The position numbers were made by a program, and so were the translations under genes. A stretch of 64,000 bases of DNA. Source: Daphnia carinata. Lineage: Eukaryota. Shown here piece after piece: positions 1 to 13,705 of this stretch. Positions within the stretch are counted from its first letter, which is position 1. Every line of letters starts with the position of its first letter. Below the pieces are notes generated by a model, which saw only the letters and a program-made list of their open reading frames with translations, was not told where the DNA came from and ran no database searches. The stretch spans positions 13,640,001 through 13,704,000 of the forward strand of contig NC_081331.1 of assembly GCF_022539665.2 (NCBI RefSeq), read 5' to 3'.

Positions 1-548
1 GATCAAACGGCGGCTATGCTCTGAATCCGGTTGGTTGTTATAGTTCTTCATTATTTAAGTCAAGTTTCTTTAATCTGTTCATTTGCTCCATCTTTTGAAA
101 CCAAAGGCTAGAGATTTCGCTCCTCGAGTTGTTACGCTTTTCGCTGGATGGGGAATCCATGTTTTCAGGTAAATTGTTTCATTTCCTTCTGTTGAGTCTT
201 GAATTTACAATTCCCATTTTATATAGCATTCGTGGTTACAATTGGTTCTGGATTTATCTGGTGGGACCGCACATCGGAGCTATTCTGGGCGTAATCATTT
301 TCAATCTCTTCCTGAAGCAAGATAGGACAATAGACGACACAAGATCAGAATCTCCTTCAGTCGATTTAGAAAATGGATATGGCAAAGAGCTTGATGTGAT
401 ATGGCGGATGAACGAAAATCGGGACATCGAATCCGATATGAACAAGCTGGATAAAGAAAATCCTCCGCGTTATAGCGTAGCCTACGCTAACAGCAGGCCG
501 CAATTAGGCCGTGGCCTATCGTGTCCAGTTGCGACAACGAGCAGGTAG
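1..548 (+). CDS. Aquaglyceroporin (MIP family, AQP3/7/9/10-like), 3' exons only; truncated by the window start
   Basis: Exons <3-29, 107-168 and 227-548 are joined by GT-AG introns and give SNGGYALNP|ARDFAPRVVTLFAGWG...YNWFWIYLVGPHIGAILG. The second NPA box followed by RD (NPARD) is the glyceroporin signature. Confidence 0.9.
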
Positions 549-1030
549 ACTATGATCAACTGCTGCTTCTGAAACCTTATTTTGTTCAATGAAGAACAAT
601 TACCAACTATGATGAACGATTTAAGTTTTCAAACATGAAGTAAGTCTGCCCAATTTTAACAAAGGACGCTGTCCTAAATGTTGATTTAAAGGCTTCTTGT
701 TATGCCTACTGTTAATTTATATTGTTTAGTTAGTATTTAAATACATGCTCATTTCTAGCGTAATACAACACGTCTGCTAAAATGGTGCTTGCTACAATCA
801 GTGTGTTCGTCCTACTGTTAAGCTATCGGTAATTTCTAAATCAAACATGTACTTACAGTAGAAAATTGCAGAGTTTATTCGGAATTTGGATACAGCAAAC
901 GATGAAGTTTGTTACAACAGAACTTAAATTCTGTTAGCCATCCTTTTAAAGCGCCAAGGCATTTTAAAAAACCGTTTCAGTTGTTCGGATTGTTCGGAAT
1001 ATAGCAGAATTGTTACGCCTTCGTCAAACG

Positions 1031-2055
1031 TTATGTGAAGCTATCGGACTTTTGAGAACGTGGGCGAGATGATTCCGGCACTACGCCGATATTCCGGTTC
1101 AACTCGAAGAATTGCGGGCTAGATGCGCAATTCACATCAGGCCACCTACAACAATGAAAGGGTTAAAAAAAAAAAAGGCAACATGTTTTTCAATAATTCA
1201 AATTGCCATGCAAGTACCATTGGCATACGAAGACTTCTTGATTGAAAATGGTGCCATTCGGGCACAGGAAGGAAGCCTTAATGGGTTCGGCATCCGGAAT
1301 GTTTGTACATACATGGAAAACTTGGCAACGAGTCTCGATGTCAGCGTAATAGCCTGATAGTATAACAGTAGTTATTCAATCGTATAAACCTTTATTTAAA
1401 TCGCCTTGTTTGGCTTCAGTTCGTGAAATTAATGGCCTATACATTACCGTCTTTTTGCCCTGTGCATTTAAATGAAGTCCTTGGTATTTTGTCTAAAATC
1501 GGGTAATCAAATTCGGGTTCGCCAGGAATAGATTCCCTAAAATCCCAGAATGCGATCTCTTCATCGATTGGTTGGTGTTGAATAGTAGCTAAAGAGTTTT
1601 GATCCGCAAGAATTGCTGGAAAACTTTGACCGGGCTGAATTTCTTGAATTTCTAACGGAGCTGGATCTTCTTCGATTTGCTGCTGAACAACTTCGGGCGG
1701 TTGAAAGGCGATAGAAAAATTCACTTGATAATCCTCTTGATTGCTGCTGGACGGCACCAATAAAGGATTCGTTGGTGGTACGTAAGAATAGCCGGAATTA
1801 AGTGCCACTGTCCGCGATGTCACGGGAACGTTAATTTCAGATTTGATTTGCGTGTCTGGTGCAGAACCGAATCCGATATTCTGTCTGTTGCGGCGGCCAA
1901 TTCGTTGGCCATACTCCTGGGTAGAAATGGACGCTGCCACTAAAATGATGGCTAACAAAATGTAGAACAATTTAAATTTAAAATAAACATTTTACAGCCA
2001 TAAATTGTCACTTACCGGCCGAAATGTATGTTGCACTCGTAGTGATTTTCGCCAT
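1031..2055 (-). CDS. Secreted chitin-binding type-2 (CBM14/peritrophin-A) domain protein, CPAP1-like
   Basis: ATG at 2055 begins a short exon 1 (MAKITTSATYISA|gtaagt) followed by a hydrophobic signal segment. The spliced C-terminus reads IPGEPEFDYPILDKIPRTSFKCTGQKDG|YYADIETRCQVFHVC...SFLCPNGTIFNQEVFVCQW|WPDVNCASS, the 6-Cys ChtBD2 pattern. TAA stop at 1033-1031. Confidence 0.88.
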
Positions 2056-2112
2056 GGCGACTGGAACAGCGGAGAGAAGTGAATAGGATGTAGATCCACT
2101 AACTGCCTCCTG

Positions 2113-2120
2113 CTTTTATA
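2113..2120 (-). promoter_or_regulatory. TATA box of the CBM14 gene
   Basis: TATAAAAG on the minus strand about 60 nt upstream of the ATG at 2055. Confidence 0.55.
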
Positions 2121-3545
2121 CTTCCTCTCTACCCGGAATATATTCTAGTGAACAGTGGACGCGGCCATCGAGATGGCGAGGGCGATTGGCTACGTGTTCT
2201 AAGGTGATCTCTGCCGCCGGAAGGCGTCGTTTCCTGTCCTTCTGAAGGGCGACCATGAAATTCTTTTTTTCTTCGATCTACAAGGCAGAATGAGAAACAA
2301 AAGTAATATGATATGTTACACAGGGGAGGGAGAAACGCGACGGAAGGAAGACAAAAAGCGAAAGCGAAGCATGAGAGAAATGTCCCTCTCACGATTTAAT
2401 CACATCGCCTGTGTACATAATACCGTGAAAGAATAGGAGCGTGTAAAACGGATAATGCGTCCGTCCCAGCGGGCTAACTGCTCTTTCGGGAGATTCTTTA
2501 ACTGTCGTGATAAAACGAGATCTCCAACTGTGAATAAAATCCCCTAAAAAAAGAACGATTTTTCATTACACAATTTTTTCGTTATTATTTTGTTTCTATG
2601 TTAACCGCAACGGACTCTGAGGACGCACCGGAAGTGGACTAGCCTATGTACATCCAAACTTTAGGCAACTACATTAATGTTACCCCGATTAAATATTCGA
2701 ACATCCGAATACTCTTCCAACTCCGGCGGGCGTTACAATTAGGCTGTTGAGGTCTAAGCGACTTCAGAAATCTATAAGAATTCATGCCTCGTTTAAAGAC
2801 AAACTTTACACTGTAATTGAGAACAAATGGATCAATAGTTTTGAATTGTTAAACGACAGAGTATCCATTTTTACTTTACTTGACGCGCAACAGCAAATTG
2901 CAAAGCTAAAGTTCAATGCCAAGAGGTACTCCCAGCAACGCGTTGAAGAACAAGATAACGAAGCATCCAACCTTGTGCATTATAGTCACTAATTACACAG
3001 TAATAATTTATGCACATTTCAACACGCATCAAGGACGTTTTTCTGTAGGCGAACTGAAACAGGGAGCATAAATTCTTACCTTACAAAGATATCTATTCAG
3101 AAGAAAATACAAACCAAAGTAAATGTTAAATTGCTGATGCAGAACTGCACCGCATCTTTTGCGATGATGTTTGGTTTGCCGCTTTATCAGCTGGTTGCAA
3201 CCCGTGACCTCCGCCATGCTAGATGGTTTGTCTTCAAGGTGCGCCACGCCACATCAACAACAATCCAATACTTTACGTGATTCATCGTCTTACGCCGTCC
3301 TATTATTTGAAGGTCCATCCAGTGGTTGGTGACAGATCAATAGTGCGAAACGGCAAATGACAGTGCCTTGTTACGCACTTCAATGTCAAATCCGGATGGA
3401 ACAATCATGCAACTTTAATTCTTTATTAGTTATAGCTTTGTTTACGATCTGATTAATGCGCACATCCTTTCTGCTCCACGCTACTCACAAAGAATTGAGA
3501 CCAAAAAACTTTCTGTACGTAAATAAAAAGAAAATTTTTTTGAAT

Positions 3546-6519
3546 TCAAACACCGACTTCTACTTCAGATTCCATAGGCTGTAGAATAGATTGCGGGGAC
3601 ATCGCTAGATTGGTAGATACGACCGTTGCTGACGCGCTAAAACGTGCTGGCTTGCGGTGCATCATGTAGCGTTCAATCCACTTTAGCAAAGCCAAAACAA
3701 CGTCAGTGTTGGACAATCGTCGGTCAGCTGCCGTGCTGATCCCCATGTCCGAAGTAACACGAAACGTGGCCGCAATACCTAAAAAGAACGTTCACGACGA
3801 AGCCAGACAATCAAGCGGGGAAAAGAGAAAGTTGAAAATAGGTCTCATACGTGTCATTATGGCATTCGATTTCATTAAGTCAAAAATTACGTTAGCTCGC
3901 CTTTACCTTTTAAGGCGACGATGGCATCCTCATCGCCAACATCATCGCCAGCGAATATGATACGGATGCGCTCGCTCCAATCCACTCCGAAAGCCGTGCG
4001 CAGAATGTAAATTGCAGCGCGGCCTTTATCCCATTCGACGGGCGGCTTGGCCTCCAGGGCACATAGAGCTGGAAAACAGTTGAAGCCGAAAGATTCAATC
4101 ATGCTTCGAGCTTTAGCAACCAACTCATCTCGGGCATCTTCAGGCGCTTCTCTATTTGGTGTAAGCAGATTGTTATTATCGTTCTGTCAATAACTAAAAT
4201 AGAAACTCACCGGTAGTGGAAAGTCAATAAGACGCCTTTATTCTCTACCCACGCGCCATGAGAACAAACTTCTTCCTGTAACTTTTCCATCAACTGACTT
4301 ATTTTTCCTTCGTACTCTGTTGGCATGGGATGAGTAAATTTCGTCCCGTCCGGATGGAGTATCTCGAGGCCGTGATTACCAGCGTAAGTGATGTTCTCAA
4401 GGGCAACCATGGACTTGACACTGGCCACACTTCGCCCAGAAATGATGGCCACGTAGACGTCAGGACAGTTGGACAGCCGTTCCAGGACGCGTTTCGTTTC
4501 GTTGGGAATGATGGCCATGTCCGGATGGGGAGCGATCGGCGCCAAGGTCCCGTCGTAATCCAACAAAATGGCCAACTTGTCACCGCCGCCGATGTAATCC
4601 GATAAGAAACAATCGAAATCTTCGGGAGTCGTCAGCATTTGGCCAACTTCTTCCACTGGAGGACGTTCAACAGGTACCGTTTCGCCAAGAAGAGAACTGT
4701 TCATGGCTTTGAGAAATCCAATAGTCCAGGCATTAACATCGTTCATCTTTTCACGTTTCCTTAGGTGAGCCATTCGAACTTGGCGCTCGTCCAGTGACAT
4801 ACTAAGAGCTCTGTGGATCGTTTCAGCTGCCGAATCCACTTCATAAGGATTGACGATAAGAGCTTCGTGCATCATCTCACCGGCGCCGGCGAACGGCGAC
4901 AAAATCAACACGCCGGGATCTTCAATTTGGCAAGCGACGAATTCCTTAGCCACTAAATTCATTCCATCTCTTAATGGTGTAACTACACAAACAGCTGCAT
5001 CACGATAGAAGGCCGCCAATTCCGCTTGTGAAATGGATCCGTAAATGTAGCGAATCGGGGACCAGTTGGCCGTAGAAAACTGCCCATTTATCTTGCCAAC
5101 AAGCTGGTCCATTTCTTCTTTGAGGTCTTGATATTCTTTTACATCCGTACGAGATGGTACAGCAATCTGCAAGAAAATGACCTGCTCGATGTATTTGCTG
5201 TGTTTTGTTAGCAAATGTTCGTAAGCTCGTAGACGATGAACCAATCCTTTAGTATAGTCCAAACGATCGACACCCAAAATTATTTTCTGGCGAGATTCCT
5301 TTACAACTCGAGGAGCTTCTTCCGCCATTTGAGCGAACCTAAAACACCAGTGAAATTGGACAATCGAATATAAAAATTTAAAGTTTATATAATTACTTGT
5401 CAAACGGGATGCCGATGGGAAGAGGACGGACTGATATCCTTCTATCCTCGTGATCAACCATGAAAGTCTTCCTGTCCACTTTATAATCGAATTGGCGCTG
5501 GCAGCAATCCAAGAAATTAAGACAATAATCTTCGATGTGGAATCCGACCATGTCGCAGCCGAGCAATCCCTCGAGGACTTGATTAGCCCAAGGAAGGAGT
5601 CGGAAGATGTCCCAAGGAGGAAAAGGGATGTGCAGAAAGAATCCCAATTTGATCCGGATGCCTTTCTCTGTTGCCAACTGGGCAGACGATAATAAATGAA
5701 CATTCCCAGTTACGAAATAATGGCGAAACTGTTGCCAAAATAACTCGTGTTTGTGACAGAATATTACCTTGCGGATGATAGCAGCTGCCAACGTCAGATG
5801 ATAGTCGTGGACCCAAACCAGTGGAAGAATGTCTTTCTCTTTTTGGACGAGTCGCTCAACAGCTTCTATGGCTTTCTTGGCGAATAGCTGATTCATTTCC
5901 AGATAAGCCTTATTTAAACAGAAGAATGATTCTAGTTTTCCTAATTGCATATATTTAAAGAGGTTGCAAGCCCTACTTTCCAGTGCTCTGCAAAGAAAAT
6001 GGCTCGGTCTGGCATTGAATGAAACAAGGGCCAGAATGTGCCATTGCAGCAACCATTATAAAATTGATCAAACTGAACTTTTTCCATGAAGACAGGTACA
6101 ATCTGGCATAGAAATCAAGTATCTGTTTAAAAGTCTATGGCTAAAATGACATGGAGGTTGCTAAAAAGTACATACTTGGTTTGACAACAGGTTTGCAAAT
6201 GGTGTAGAATGGCTATCCTCTGATTCTGGAATAGCCGGTTCTTCTTGTCCAGGTTCGACAAAAATACCCGGCCATCCGACCCACAATCCATTACAACGGG
6301 CCACAACCGGAGCTACTGCTGTCACCAGTCCACCGGCACTAGTCAATTCAACATACTTGTGCTAACTTACATCTTAACAATTTATGTTGTATCTTACCTG
6401 AACTTACGGACCAGCTGGCCTTCTTCATTTGGCTTGAGAACGAAAGGTAGGCGATTGGAAACTACAATCAAAGCCTCTCGCATCGCTTGCGCTGAGGCAG
6501 TAGCTGTTTGCGTGGCCAT
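3546..6519 (-). CDS. Tps1: Bifunctional trehalose-6-phosphate synthase/phosphatase
   Basis: Multi-exon model. GT20 motifs present: IVVSNRLPF, SAGGLVTAVAPV, YNGCCNGTFWPLFH, WVHDYHL, FFLHIPFP, LGVDRLDYTKG and DGMNLVAKEFVAC. HAD phosphatase motifs present: LLDYDGTL, ISGR, YAGNHG and GDDVGDEDA. Confidence 0.97.
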
Positions 6520-8073
6520 GACGACTGCGAAACTAATACGATATTAGATTGCATTTATGGTTGATGGGGCCTCATTAGCCTTAGGTCTAAAAATCCTTGA
6601 ACCTTTTATTTTCGTCTACGTTTTTCCATAAAGTACGAAGAAAGGAGCGCATACGCCCATTTACCCAACGCCCTGCAAACGGAAGAAATGGTCGTCCTTT
6701 TAGAGAGGGGGATAGGCTCCTATCGCTAAACACCAAGGGCAAGGTCTAACAAATTATGCCAGAAACAATCCAATTCTACCTTAAAACTGTCATCAGGTGG
6801 TTAAAAGCCAGGGCAGCTGTTCACTTTTGAACCCCTCCGAACGTTCTCCTTTCATGATATTTCATGATTTTTCTGAGGAATTGACCTTGCAGATAAGAGA
6901 GAAAAAAATAGAAGTAATGATGTTTCCCAAAATACGAAGTAGTGGACGACGTTGGAGAAGGAGAAGCTCTCGTCGATTGGTTCCGCGAAACGGAATCTGA
7001 TGACCCGTCCTCTCTTTTTCCGGTTCTTTTGTTTGCGTTTTCGCACTCCTTCCTTTTCTACGTCTTCGTAATGCGATAAAACATAACTTGTAAAGTTCCA
7101 ATTCCTTTTAATCACGTCCCAAACGTCAAGATAATTACACAGCATATTGAACAGTAGATGCATTACATTTACACACACATACGGACAGATGACATTGGCT
7201 GTTTCAAATAATATTATTTTTTCATGGTTTCAATTTTGTTCGTTTATTAGAATTTATAATTATCATTTTTAAATATATTATATTCCCAACAGCAGCAAAT
7301 GCGATAACTTTTCCATTAAAAGAAAACGAAAAACCAACGTTGTGTTTGCGTATGTGTGTGTGTGGTAAATAATCAAATTGTGACATCAAAGCACATGGAA
7401 TTCGTTATTCATAGACGTAACAAATAAAGACATGCACAAAGATTTCGGTTCATTCCGCCTTCGCTCCCAATTGAGTTTCTTTTGAATTTCCTATTGTTCA
7501 CCCCTTCCCATTATCCGAACTTTCCATCACAAAAATAGAAAATCACGTTCCAGGCTTCTTTTGTAATTTTTGCTGATTTTTTGAAAAGATTCTTTTCCCC
7601 CTTTTTTGCGATTGACTAGGAGATCGGACCTCTCCGCCTTTTCCCATCTAACATGTAAAAATATAACGAGGCGTATTACAAAGACATGATTAAGAATGAT
7701 CTCTCTCCAATAAGCAAATTGTACAACAATATAACATAGTTGTGGCGCCGTCTCTCTCCGTTTCATTAGTGAGTGTCTTTGTCTGTTTTCTTTGTTTCCA
7801 TAAGGAGAAAGAAGAACATTAATTTCATTATAAACGAAGGAAACAAAAAGACGAGACAAACATCTCGATGAGTTGACGGAATCACGAAAGAGATTGTGAT
7901 AATGCAACAAAGAAAAAAAGCCGCTGGGACAATTTCAGGGGTGGAGGGTACAACAACAAAACATTCAAAACACAAAAGCCTTAGAATGGAAAACTTAAAT
8001 AAAAAAGGAGCACGACGGTGGGGGTAGAAGGAGAATTCGCCCAAACCTTTCAAATGTTGGTATTAACCATTTT

Positions 8074-11000
8074 TTACAAAACGGATTCGGTAAAAAGGGC
8101 GACAGGGAAGTGGCGGATGTGCGTCTGCCACTGGGACGACAGCTGGAAGAACTTGACATTGTTCCATTCCACTCCATCAATCACCACTGTAATCACACAA
8201 ATTAAATTCATTTCAAATAATTAACTCGATTAAATCAAATCACCTTTGAGCAGAGAATGGTGCGTCTTGGCCTGGCACACGAGCCGGTTGATTCCCTCGA
8301 CCACTTGACTCTTGGATTCCGACTCCTTTTCCTTCTCCTTTTTCTTGCCCAGCCGCATGACTATTTGCAAAAGCAATCGCATTAGTGACGTCAATTGGAG
8401 ACAACACAAAACTAGCAATGAACGTACTTTTTTGTTTCTTTTCTTTCAGGCCGAACGTCATCGTAAAAAGAGAAGACGCATCCGAACCGGATGAGGCTGT
8501 TGCCGATGACGACACGTTGCTATGGGGTAGTCGTTGGACGACAATCCAGCGGAAACCAGCTTTGACCGTGTATTTCACGCTGCTCTGCTCAGCCGGACCG
8601 GGTTTTTCCCGTTTAACAGCTTGCGCCATCGTCGCCAGACTAATGGCCGCGGCGGAAGCGATGCTCTCGCGGGCCGTCGCCGAGGCGGCTGCAGCTGCGG
8701 CGCTTGCTCCCGACAGCCAATAATCCACTTGAAGTTCGACCGATTCAGCTCCAGGTGTGAACATTTCACGCCTATTTCGAGAAGCGTGAATGCGTTTGAA
8801 TTTATTATTTCAGGAATACGTTAACTTACTGGCCGTGAATGGAAGAAATGTTGGGCGAACTGGGAGGGGTTGTTCTTCCTCCTGTTCGATCTTTGTTATC
8901 CCGTTGTTCTCTATCGATGGAACTGCCAGGTTGAATGGCGGCATTGACAGTCAACATGCCGGCCGATTGGTGCGGAGGTGAACCGGATAATGTGCCCGAA
9001 GTGGCTCCTGTATTGCTCAACTGTTGACCGTCCTCCATTTCGACCGAACCCGGTGTCATGGCAGCGGCTGCTGCCATAACAGCAGCCGCAGATTCAGCAA
9101 AACCGATTCGCACTTCACTAACGAATGGGATAAACACCTGTGTCGATTCCTCCTCTGAACTGATCCCCCATTAAGAAAATTAACTTCATGTTTCTACTAA
9201 AAATTAATCAAATCATTTACTTTGGTTCGCGGTAGGTGATCATGGCCTCGGCGATGGGGACCTGGACGGTGCATCCGTTGCTGGTCAAATACCTGCCGAG
9301 CCTGTGGATGACTTCCTGGACGTCGATTTTGGACGGCGTGGTGACTCCAGGAGTGGAACATGTCCCCATCGGGTCGTTTCCATTGGTCGTTGCAGCCAAC
9401 ATCTTCTCGGCCGGCCTGTCCAGGGCCTCTCGCCACGAATCCGAGACAAAGTTGACGTTGTAATAGCGATCGAGCGAGGCCAGGTAGCGCGAAAGTGTGT
9501 TGTTCGATCCGCCAGTACCGATGCCGCTACTATTATTTCCGGCAGAAGATCCGCTGTTAGTAACGAGGGGAACGATGTAGAATTTGAGATAATTTTTCCA
9601 GTCAGGCGGTTTGCTGCTAAATTGTTCAACGTAGCAACGCAAGACGGCGTTGACATAACTGTCAGGACCCATGAGCACTACTTTGATGGGTGGCGGTGGT
9701 TTGGCGCTGCAATTGCAACTAAAAGAAAACAAAACCATCAGAAAAGTCAGAAATGATGGAAAAGCGCAGTTGGCAAACTTACAATTTCTGAATTTTGGAG
9801 ACGAGACAGGCGATGGTGGCGCGGACGTCAGCGACTCCTCCAGTGCAGACGGCCCGTTGTTGGCGCTCGGCCAGTCTTCCGGCCAGGTTACATCCTTGCA
9901 AATCCGCTCCACTGACCATGATGACGTGATCGGGTAGAGCGTCGTCAGCCGGCATACAACGCACCAGCTGCTCCAGAAGGATCTTCCGAGGCTGTTTTTG
10001 TTATTTTCCCGCCAACAAAATAAACATTAAAAAAAAAAAAATGGGAAAGAAATATTATTAAAAGACAATTTTTAAACTTCTAAAATCGAAGATACAAAAA
10101 TGGCGCAATGTTCGCCCATGCCTGGGGTTTCTCTCAAGCAACGGTGGCCATAAACACGCACACGGTACACGAAACAAAAACAACGAGAGCAAAGAATCGA
10201 TACATCCGTTTTTTCGCATGACTCGAGCAGGAAAAGATATCGAAATTTTAGAATTTTCTTTTATCAACACATTACTACCATACGCTGTCGAAACAAAAAA
10301 AACTTTCAAAAATGCGCGAAAAAAATTTATGCGGCTTATATATGTGCGGGATGCGGAAAAGCCAGCATGCATTTTTTTTTGCACGTTGCAGAGATTGTAA
10401 ACTTACGCTAGATTCATTCGATTTATCTTTAACTGTGGTAGTTGAAAAGTTAGTGCTGGCGCCTTGAGCGCCCTTTTTGGTGGCCTCTTTTTGTTGCGTC
10501 TGCGAGTTGGAAGTCCCTGAGCAAGGCGAAGGAGCGAAGCTCCCTGATGATATGGACGACAACGAAGGACCCGATCGCTCCCGGTTGAACAATCGACTTC
10601 TCCTCACCTCTTTTTCATTCTATCACGCGTGTTGATGTACAAATCCCAAAGATTAAACATTGGGTTTTTGCGGGAAACGGAGGCTCAAGGATTAAAACAA
10701 AAACAAGGAATTTTTACCTTGGTCTTATCATCGTTCGTTGCCGATACGAAATGGGACGGGCAATGGGCGCTTGGTGCGGTTGGGGTGTCGCTTTCACGAT
10801 CCTGGTCGGTCCACATGGAATCGGCGTGCGTGGAATCTGAATCTGCCCGTTTGGAACTCTCATCGCTGTAATGCCGTTCCAACCGTCTGCCACCACCGGA
10901 GAGACCCGACGATGTGATCGTTGCAGCCGCTTTCTCGTTGAAGAAAGTTCCAGTTGTCGGGAACGTAAATGCGGATGCGTTCGAATTGAGATCAGGAGCC

Positions 11001-13705
11001 AATAATGACCGACTGGAAGCGAAGAACGGCCTCAACGAAGGTTTCGGAGTTGACGTGACACTCAACGTATCCATTTCAGGTCCAGAATCGCTCAGATCTT
11101 CAAGTTCGTCGATTAAATCCTCGATATCCCCGGCATCCATTTCAAGATCGGCTCCTATAGAAAATTTTATAATTAAAATGAGTTAATTGTTTAAGTGGCT
11201 CATTAAAAAAAAAAAATACCAGTGAGTTTCGTCGGGTCTTCATCGGCCTCATTTTCCAAGCCTTGGAGATCCTCTGTGATCTTGAATCGTTTGAGCAAGG
11301 CGACAAATTTCTGCTTCAAATTCCTTTGTCTGGCATTGGAAGGCAAGATCTTTCCACGATTTTGCAGCAGGGCTTTGTTGATCCTTCCACTGCGTCGGTC
11401 CACACCAGATCCCACTACTCCACCGACGCCAACGACGCCGGCACCACCTCCAGCACCGACGACCAGGCCGGCCGTTTGATCCGAATCGGATCCCCCGTCC
11501 TCGTTGCTCGAGAAATCGTCATCATCTTCATCTTCGTAGCGGACGAATCCAGACCGCATTCCTCCGACGCTTCCGCGTTCCAGCACTAAAGGGTGAGACA
11601 GAGAGAGGGTGGAGGGATTGGTTCTGGATTTGGTGGTCGACAACAACACAGCAGGACTACCGCTGAGTAACGTTGCGGCAGTCGCTTGTACTACTCCATT
11701 TTTTTTCACAAACAATGCCATCGGATATATAAACAGGAAGCCGGATGCCACCCAGTCAATAATCAAAACGCAATAACAGATAAACATGCACCAAAAAAGG
11801 GCAGTCCACCACAAATCCATGCATATTAAAATCCAAACAAACGTGCACCATTATTTTGAATCCGTATCATGCCAAAGCAGATAGGTTTTTCGGGAGATTC
11901 AGAGAGAGAGTGAGAGAAAGAAATAAAGTAAGAAAAAAAGAATGAAAGAAAGAAGATGGAGAGATATTGAACCAAGATGGTGGTGCCCAGAAAAAAAAAG
12001 GGGTGGGAAATGGGACAGACGAAGTACACGTGTCCTAACCCCTTGGTATAAATATTAACATTTCTTTTTATTTAAGGAGAAGATGTCCGGATGGACAGGA
12101 AATAATGGGAGAAAAGAAAAAGAGTTGGTTCATTATACCTGCACCGTCGCCCAGCGATAGGGTCTTGAGACGCTCGGCCGCTTCTTCGTGATCGACGGGC
12201 TGACTGCTCAACGATTGGACTTGGACGCGGGCAAGCGGAGCGACGCTCTCCTTGCCGCTGGTGCTCGACGTCTCTCCGTACAATTCCAATTCCATGTCGA
12301 TCTGACGCTGGACAGCCGCCACCATGTTGATGGTGCTGGAACACAGCGTCTTGTAGCCGAGGATCGTCCGGTTCTTGTAGCGTTTGCGGCGCTGCAGCAT
12401 CACTTGAAGCCGATTGCCGGCCTCCCACTGTTTCAGGTAGTGCGGGTACTGCAGGGCGAAACGCAGCTCCAATTCCGTGTCCAGCAGACCACCTCCGGCC
12501 GGCAGCATAATCTCATTGGACCTCAACGTCCGCTTGGAACTCTGTAATAAGATTGAAACTAACTTTATAGCTATGGACTAAATTTGGCACGCCATCTCTA
12601 AATAATACCTGCATTTTAACAGCCAACGTAATGGAACTGATGTCTGAGCCAAGCGGTTTGAGGATCGTCAGGCGAGACAAGGTCAACGAACATAACCTAG
12701 TCACAAAGAATGGTGACAAATAATAAAACAAACGTGTGAAATAACAACAACCATCATAGTATTTTCTACCGCCAGATAACCTTGCAACCTCGGCACGCCC
12801 AACGCGCCCTTTAGACTAGTCATATCGATTAATCATTAGCGATAGCAGGGGTTGTTAGATTTCCTCTGCCCGTCTTTCAGTCGACCTGGATCGTTGGCCG
12901 TCAGCGACTGTTTCATGTGTTTAGAAAAAGTTCATTTTGAAAACAAAACTATTTCCCTTCCATTTTTTTTTCTTTCTTCTCATTCTCATTCATTCGTCAC
13001 GTCTGCAGCAGGGGATCGATTTCTCAACAAGAATTTCCCCTCTCTCCCTATATTTAAGGAGAAGAGAAAAAAAGAAATGGGAAACGGAAGAAGCCCGTTT
13101 GGCACTGAGCCGGCTTAAAGGGCACGAGGCTCCAGCACAGAAAAGTGAAGAGGAGAAGATGATAAACAAAGTAGTGCAACATCAGCAGCACAAGAGTGGG
13201 TGTTGCCATGAAGTCTTAATTCCCCCTCTTCTACTTTACTGACACATAGATATTCAATTGTCTGAAAGTTTTGAAAAAATCTGTGAGAACATCACAAACG
13301 AGCTCCTAAAATGTCATGTTCATACAATTGGATTTTACTGGGAAGGAAAAAAAATGCAGACAAATGAAATTCCCATGAGCTGAAATGAATATTAGCACAT
13401 GTTTTGCAGGATATCCTGTTGTTGTTTTTTTACACAGGTTCCTCTTCAGTGTTTTGGAATGCTACGTAAAGTTGCATGGCATTTCACATGAAAGTCTGTG
13501 GAGCGCAACTGTGGTTCTTTTCAGCTGTTTGGTTCCCTGCATGCTTCGTTCTTTCATCTTACCTTGGGACACAGCTGGGTGGTGTTCGGTCAACATCCCA
13601 AGCAGCAAAGAGGTTCATCGGAATCAGGGGTTGCCCATCACCCTTGGCTGCCTTGCTGGTGACGACACCGCCCGCCAGCGAGCCGCGTCCGATCCTCTCC
13701 GTCAT
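8074..13705 (-). CDS. PACS: Phosphofurin acidic cluster sorting protein (PACS1/2; KrT95D-like)
   Basis: Exon 13563-13705 reads MTERIG...[21 protein letters not shown]. Later exons give [88 protein letters not shown] and ELQVDYW. The C-terminus is [30 protein letters not shown] with TAA at 8076-8074. Confidence 0.95.

Noticed and set aside
12789..12823. Possible alternative PACS first exon [12 protein letters not shown]
   Set aside because: It is in frame with the next exon but has a weak donor (gttgca) and is very short, so it cannot be supported without transcripts.
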